DNA of 29,428 nucleotides from Balneolaceae bacterium (GTDB lineage Bacteria; Bacteroidota; Rhodothermia; Balneolales; Balneolaceae): NCBI GenBank assembly GCA_007134665.1, contig SLKH01000225.1, positions 1 to 29,428 of the forward strand, read 5' to 3'. Shown piece by piece: positions 25,993 to 29,428 of this stretch (position 1 is its first letter; each line of letters starts with the position of its first letter). The notes under the pieces were generated by a model. It saw only the letters and a program-made list of their open reading frames with translations, ran no database searches and was not told where the DNA came from. The position numbers and the translations under genes were made by a program.

Positions 25993-28900
25993 TTAATACT
26001 GTTGATTTTCACTTAGTCTTTTTCGGGTGGCAATACATCCTGCGATAAATAAAACCATCAACAAAGCAAACATTGTATTTTTTCCCCGTGGTTCAATAAC
26101 CGGGTTACTGTCGCCGTTCAGCATGTATGGCCCCCAGTAATGCGGATTAGCATTATTATTTTTCAAAAAATGAATTTTTGCACTTCTAAGCGATGCTGAT
26201 TTTGATCTCCCTTTGTTGAGCTGTGTATAGAATTCTATTGCAAAGTCTGAAGCAAACTGATCATTAACAGACCATGAATTTAAGATAAGGCTTCGTGCTC
26301 CCGCATAACGTAATGCCCTGCTGATGCCCATTATACCCGAACCCTGAAAATAATCACCTGACCCGGATTCGCATGAATTCAACATAACCAGGTCGTTTCG
26401 AAGATTCATTTCAAATAGTTGATAAGCAAAAATTTGTCCAGATATTTCATTGTGATCTACATTACTATTTTCATCAGGATAAAGATAAATTGTGGAGAAA
26501 AGCGGGTCATTCTCAGAAATTTTACTATGTGATGCAAGATGAAGAATCCTGGAGCCGGTTGCACTGGAACTGAAGGCCTGAGGAGTTGCACTGTTTTCGA
26601 GTAGTGATTTCTTGTTCTTCACACGGTCAAGCCGCTGAACAATTTGTTCAATTTCATGGGGTGCTTTTGGCAAAGAGATTAACTGCCCATCTCCGGTATG
26701 GCTAAAATCAGATATACCTATTCCAGTAAAATCAAGTTCATAAAAACCCTTTCTTTCATTCCGCATGAACTCTTGCAAATTATTGATGTATCTGACCTCC
26801 ATCTGCTCAATCAAATACCTTGCAGAACCATAGCTGAAATCTGAATCAGGTTCTTCAACTGGTAATACATCCAATGGAAGCTGGTATAAATAACTGTCAG
26901 GTGCGATAACAAGCTTGTTAGTATGGGACGGGAGTTCATTCAGCCCAAGATACTTATAAATATCATACAAATAGTTCAGGTTGGTATTACCTGTGGTTAA
27001 ACCGCTTATTGCATTTTCAAACAGCTGTGCCTCCTGAGGGCCAAATGGCAGTTTGTTTAGCCTGATATTTTGATTATCAATCATGATTAAATAGAGATGA
27101 TCCAGTATCCTCGTGGAATGTAATATCAATTCTCCACCATTTAACCGGGATTGAATATTCCAGGTTTTGAAGCCCTGAAATAAATCGTCAGTTGTGGTTT
27201 GGCGGGCAATCTGATTTCTGCGTGCAGTGAGTGTTGAGATTTCATTTTGAATTTCAAGCCGTTCACTGTCTCCGGACACAAGCAGCCTTTTACGCAACTG
27301 ATCGATCTGTTGTCCTATCCTTCTGTTTTCAGTTAATTGTTCCTCTGTTAGTAAATCAGCCTGTAAAAGCGGATTTTCAAGGAGTGAAGCATCGTTTATG
27401 GTCTTTAACTGGTCCAGGATATTTGTAAGGTCGTCATATCGATGTTGTACAAGTAGCAGATCAGCGTAAAGCTGAAACAGATAGAGATAGGAATCTTCAA
27501 TATGCCAGTAACCGGCTTCAATATCTGTGGTATTGCGGGATCTGTCGATGACCTGGTCATAAACCAGGTTAATGATTTGTTCAGCATTTCTCAATCGGCC
27601 TTCCTGAAACGCGATGTCAGCCTCAATTCTTCTTGCGTTAACAAGCACATAGAATTCAGCAACTGTCACATCATGAATATTAAATTCCCGGATGTACTGC
27701 CTGGCTCTCTCAAGATTGCCTTGCAGCAGTTCGATGTTCGCCAAACCGGTTAGTGCTTCAAGATACATTGGATCATTATTATTTTCCGAAACTATGGCAA
27801 GTACTTCCAGATATATATCCCTGCTCTCTGAATAATCACCCATTTTTTCATGTAGTCCGCCTAACTCATAAAGTGCCCGCACTTTCAACCTATAATCGGT
27901 AATGGTTTCAAGCAGTTCTGAAGCATCTTCAAGTAATTGGAAAGCTGTATTCAGATCATTTAAATATTGATTGTAGTACACCGATTTTGAAATAATAATG
28001 GAGGCCAGCTCATTGAGATTACCGGTAGATTCTGACAACTGCATGGCCTCTTCGATGTATTGAAGTGCAAGATCCCAGTTTCGGTTACTCCGATAATAAA
28101 TATGAAGATTTCTGTAAATATTAAGCTGGTCACTGTAATCATTTCTTTCAACCGCAAATTCAAGAGCACTCATCTGATTTTCGATATATTGATTACTTTC
28201 ACCAAGTTTGTAATACACAAGGCTTAGATTATTTAGCAGGCGTGTTTTAACTGTAGCATTCAGATTTAGTGTATCTGATAAAGCGGAAGTGAAAATTTCC
28301 CTTGCTTCTGAATATCTGCCAATCGTATACAGGTACCCCCCGTGAGCAGCCAGAATCGTATTTAGTGTCAGTTTATCACCTGAATGCACAGTCAGGGGAA
28401 TCGTTTGTTTTCTTTGAACCTCGAGACTTAATTCAATATAACCTGTGCGATACAATGCAAAATCAAGACTCCAGTAAAGATTCCGCTTGGTCATTGTATT
28501 CGGGAAATTATCGAGAGAAATAAACTCGTCGTAAAGACTCAGGATCGTATAAAATCGATCACTGCTGTAAAGACTCTCAAAAATAGATGCGTATAACAGA
28601 TCATTAACTAAAGGATTATACGAAGTTTGGTACTCAGTTAAAGCTGTGAGGTGGAGATATGCCCGATCATAAAAGTCCGAATCAATACCTTCAATATTTC
28701 TCGAATAAAAAAGCATTAAAAAAATAGAAAAATCCCATCTATCCCAAATCAGATCCTCTGAATGGATCGTTGAGCTGTTTGCGATAGATTCAGCTATGTT
28801 TTTTAGGTTATTTTTAGAACTCTGCTGATAAAATTGCGAGAAATATTCAAGCCTTTCATCTTCTGAAGCAGTCAGCAATAATAAAAAAAGGTGCAGGTGT

Positions 28901-29181
28901 TCATTATCAAAATGATGTGACAGCTTGTTGATTAAAGCCCGGGCACCCTGGTCCCGGTCAAGCAATTCAATCCAATCCACATTCAACTCGGTGCCAATCT
29001 CTTTAACCCCGATCGCATTTCTATCATTATCAAGGAAAATGTCAACCAAAGACCAGAGTGATTCTGATACCGACTCCTGCTGTTCAATATTGTCAAAATA
29101 GGTATGGATTTGACGTTCCAGGGGGTCCGATGTCATACCACTGGCAAACCATAAGAATATGACTGAATAAATAATATTCAT
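25993..29181 (-). CDS. TPR-CHAT (caspase-like, clan CD) protease with signal peptide and C-terminal membrane anchor
   Basis: N-terminal hydrophobic leader; central TPRs; CHAT motifs LVIAPDSYLYQLP, ILHLASHS (His), LVMLNSCESG (Cys), SLILNSWSVND, YWGPYML; terminal TM MFALLMVLFIAGCIA followed by TRKR. Confidence 0.92.
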   Translation of the reverse strand: MNIIYSVIFLWFASGMTSDPLERQIHTYFDNIEQQESVSESLWSLVDIFLDNDRNAIGVKEIGTELNVDWIELLDRDQGARALINKLSHHFDNEHLHLFLLLLTASEDERLEYFSQFYQQSSKNNLKNIAESIANSSTIHSEDLIWDRWDFSIFLMLFYSRNIEGIDSDFYDRAYLHLTALTEYQTSYNPLVNDLLYASIFESLYSSDRFYTILSLYDEFISLDNFPNTMTKRNLYWSLDFALYRTGYIELSLEVQRKQTIPLTVHSGDKLTLNTILAAHGGYLYTIGRYSEAREIFTSALSDTLNLNATVKTRLLNNLSLVYYKLGESNQYIENQMSALEFAVERNDYSDQLNIYRNLHIYYRSNRNWDLALQYIEEAMQLSESTGNLNELASIIISKSVYYNQYLNDLNTAFQLLEDASELLETITDYRLKVRALYELGGLHEKMGDYSESRDIYLEVLAIVSENNNDPMYLEALTGLANIELLQGNLERARQYIREFNIHDVTVAEFYVLVNARRIEADIAFQEGRLRNAEQIINLVYDQVIDRSRNTTDIEAGYWHIEDSYLYLFQLYADLLLVQHRYDDLTNILDQLKTINDASLLENPLLQADLLTEEQLTENRRIGQQIDQLRKRLLVSGDSERLEIQNEISTLTARRNQIARQTTTDDLFQGFKTWNIQSRLNGGELILHSTRILDHLYLIMIDNQNIRLNKLPFGPQEAQLFENAISGLTTGNTNLNYLYDIYKYLGLNELPSHTNKLVIAPDSYLYQLPLDVLPVEEPDSDFSYGSARYLIEQMEVRYINNLQEFMRNERKGFYELDFTGIGISDFSHTGDGQLISLPKAPHEIEQIVQRLDRVKNKKSLLENSATPQAFSSSATGSRILHLASHSKISENDPLFSTIYLYPDENSNVDHNEISGQIFAYQLFEMNLRNDLVMLNSCESGSGDYFQGSGIMGISRALRYAGARSLILNSWSVNDQFASDFAIEFYTQLNKGRSKSASLRSAKIHFLKNNNANPHYWGPYMLNGDSNPVIEPRGKNTMFALLMVLFIAGCIATRKRLSENQQY

Positions 29182-29308
29182 CTTATTGGGAAATAATGAG
29201 AAGTCATTCCGTAATCATACTCAGACTAATGCCAGGTATAAATCTTAAACTATATTTGACAAAAAATAAGCAAAATACCAAACTATAGCTGTTAATTGTG
29301 GATCGGTA

Positions 29309-29428
29309 TTAATCGTGGTATGTGCCGCCGCTGGTTGGCCGGTCGATGATCGGGTCCATGTCGTCGCCAATACTGCTGTCCCAGATCGAATCGTCATTGA
29401 TGAGATTCTTGTCGTTCAGTTCATTGTC
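29309..29428 (-). CDS. C-terminal 39 aa of a truncated Asp-rich ORF upstream of the CHAT gene (not in ORF track)
   Basis: Manual translation from the window end: DNELNDKNLINDDSIWDSSIGDDMDPIIDRPTSGGTYHD-stop (TAA at 29311-29309). 29 of 39 codons end in G/C, a coding-like bias. Confidence 0.6.
   Translation of the reverse strand, partial: DNELNDKNLINDDSIWDSSIGDDMDPIIDRPTSGGTYHD

Noticed and set aside
255-28523. About 45 short alternative-frame or antisense ORFs in the track (e.g. 12339-12899, 13631-13978, 16015-16401)
   Set aside because: All lie inside well-supported genes, have no recognisable motifs and read like shadow frames.
25993-29181. Type III-E CRISPR (Craspase) or other anti-phage CHAT system
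   Set aside because: No cas genes, CRISPR array, gasdermin or NLR-type ATPase in the window, and the export signal plus TM anchor differ from cytoplasmic defence CHAT proteases.
19701-29428. Genomic island integrated at tRNA-Pro
   Set aside because: No integrase or transposase, and no convincing duplicate of the tRNA 3' end (only an 8-nt chance match inside the CHAT gene). An att site beyond the window cannot be excluded.

Overview
A 29.4 kb, moderately AT-rich bacterial chromosomal window. Gene content, acidic proteins and FCB-type signal peptides suggest a Balneolota/Rhodohalobacter-like organism; this is inference, not a database result. Left: a five-gene cytoplasmic signalling cluster (PAS-HisKA_3 kinase, NarL regulator, degenerate receiver, PAS-HisKA_2 protein with an eroded ATP-binding domain, CheY-like receiver), then an outer-membrane beta-barrel. 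Middle: housekeeping genes (rel, IHF/HU, ruvX, def, fmt, ankyrin protein, gap) and a minus-strand block (amidohydrolase lipoprotein, tyrosine phenol-lyase, metZ, OsmC, hemolysin-III family). Right: tRNA-Pro(CGG), an unannotated 24-aa amphipathic peptide ORF with its own promoter divergent from an orphan TPR histidine kinase, YtoQ, DinB and a GH3 NagZ-like enzyme. The window ends with a convergent pair of an anti-sigma-like TM-TPR protein and a membrane-anchored TPR-CHAT protease, preceded by a truncated Asp-rich ORF missing from the ORF track. Best candidates for new biology: (1) a possible peptide / caspase-like protease / anti-sigma signalling module at 25.2-29.4 kb, and (2) the PSM-like micropeptide and TPR-kinase pair at 19.9-22.5 kb. 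No CRISPR array, transposase or integrase was seen.
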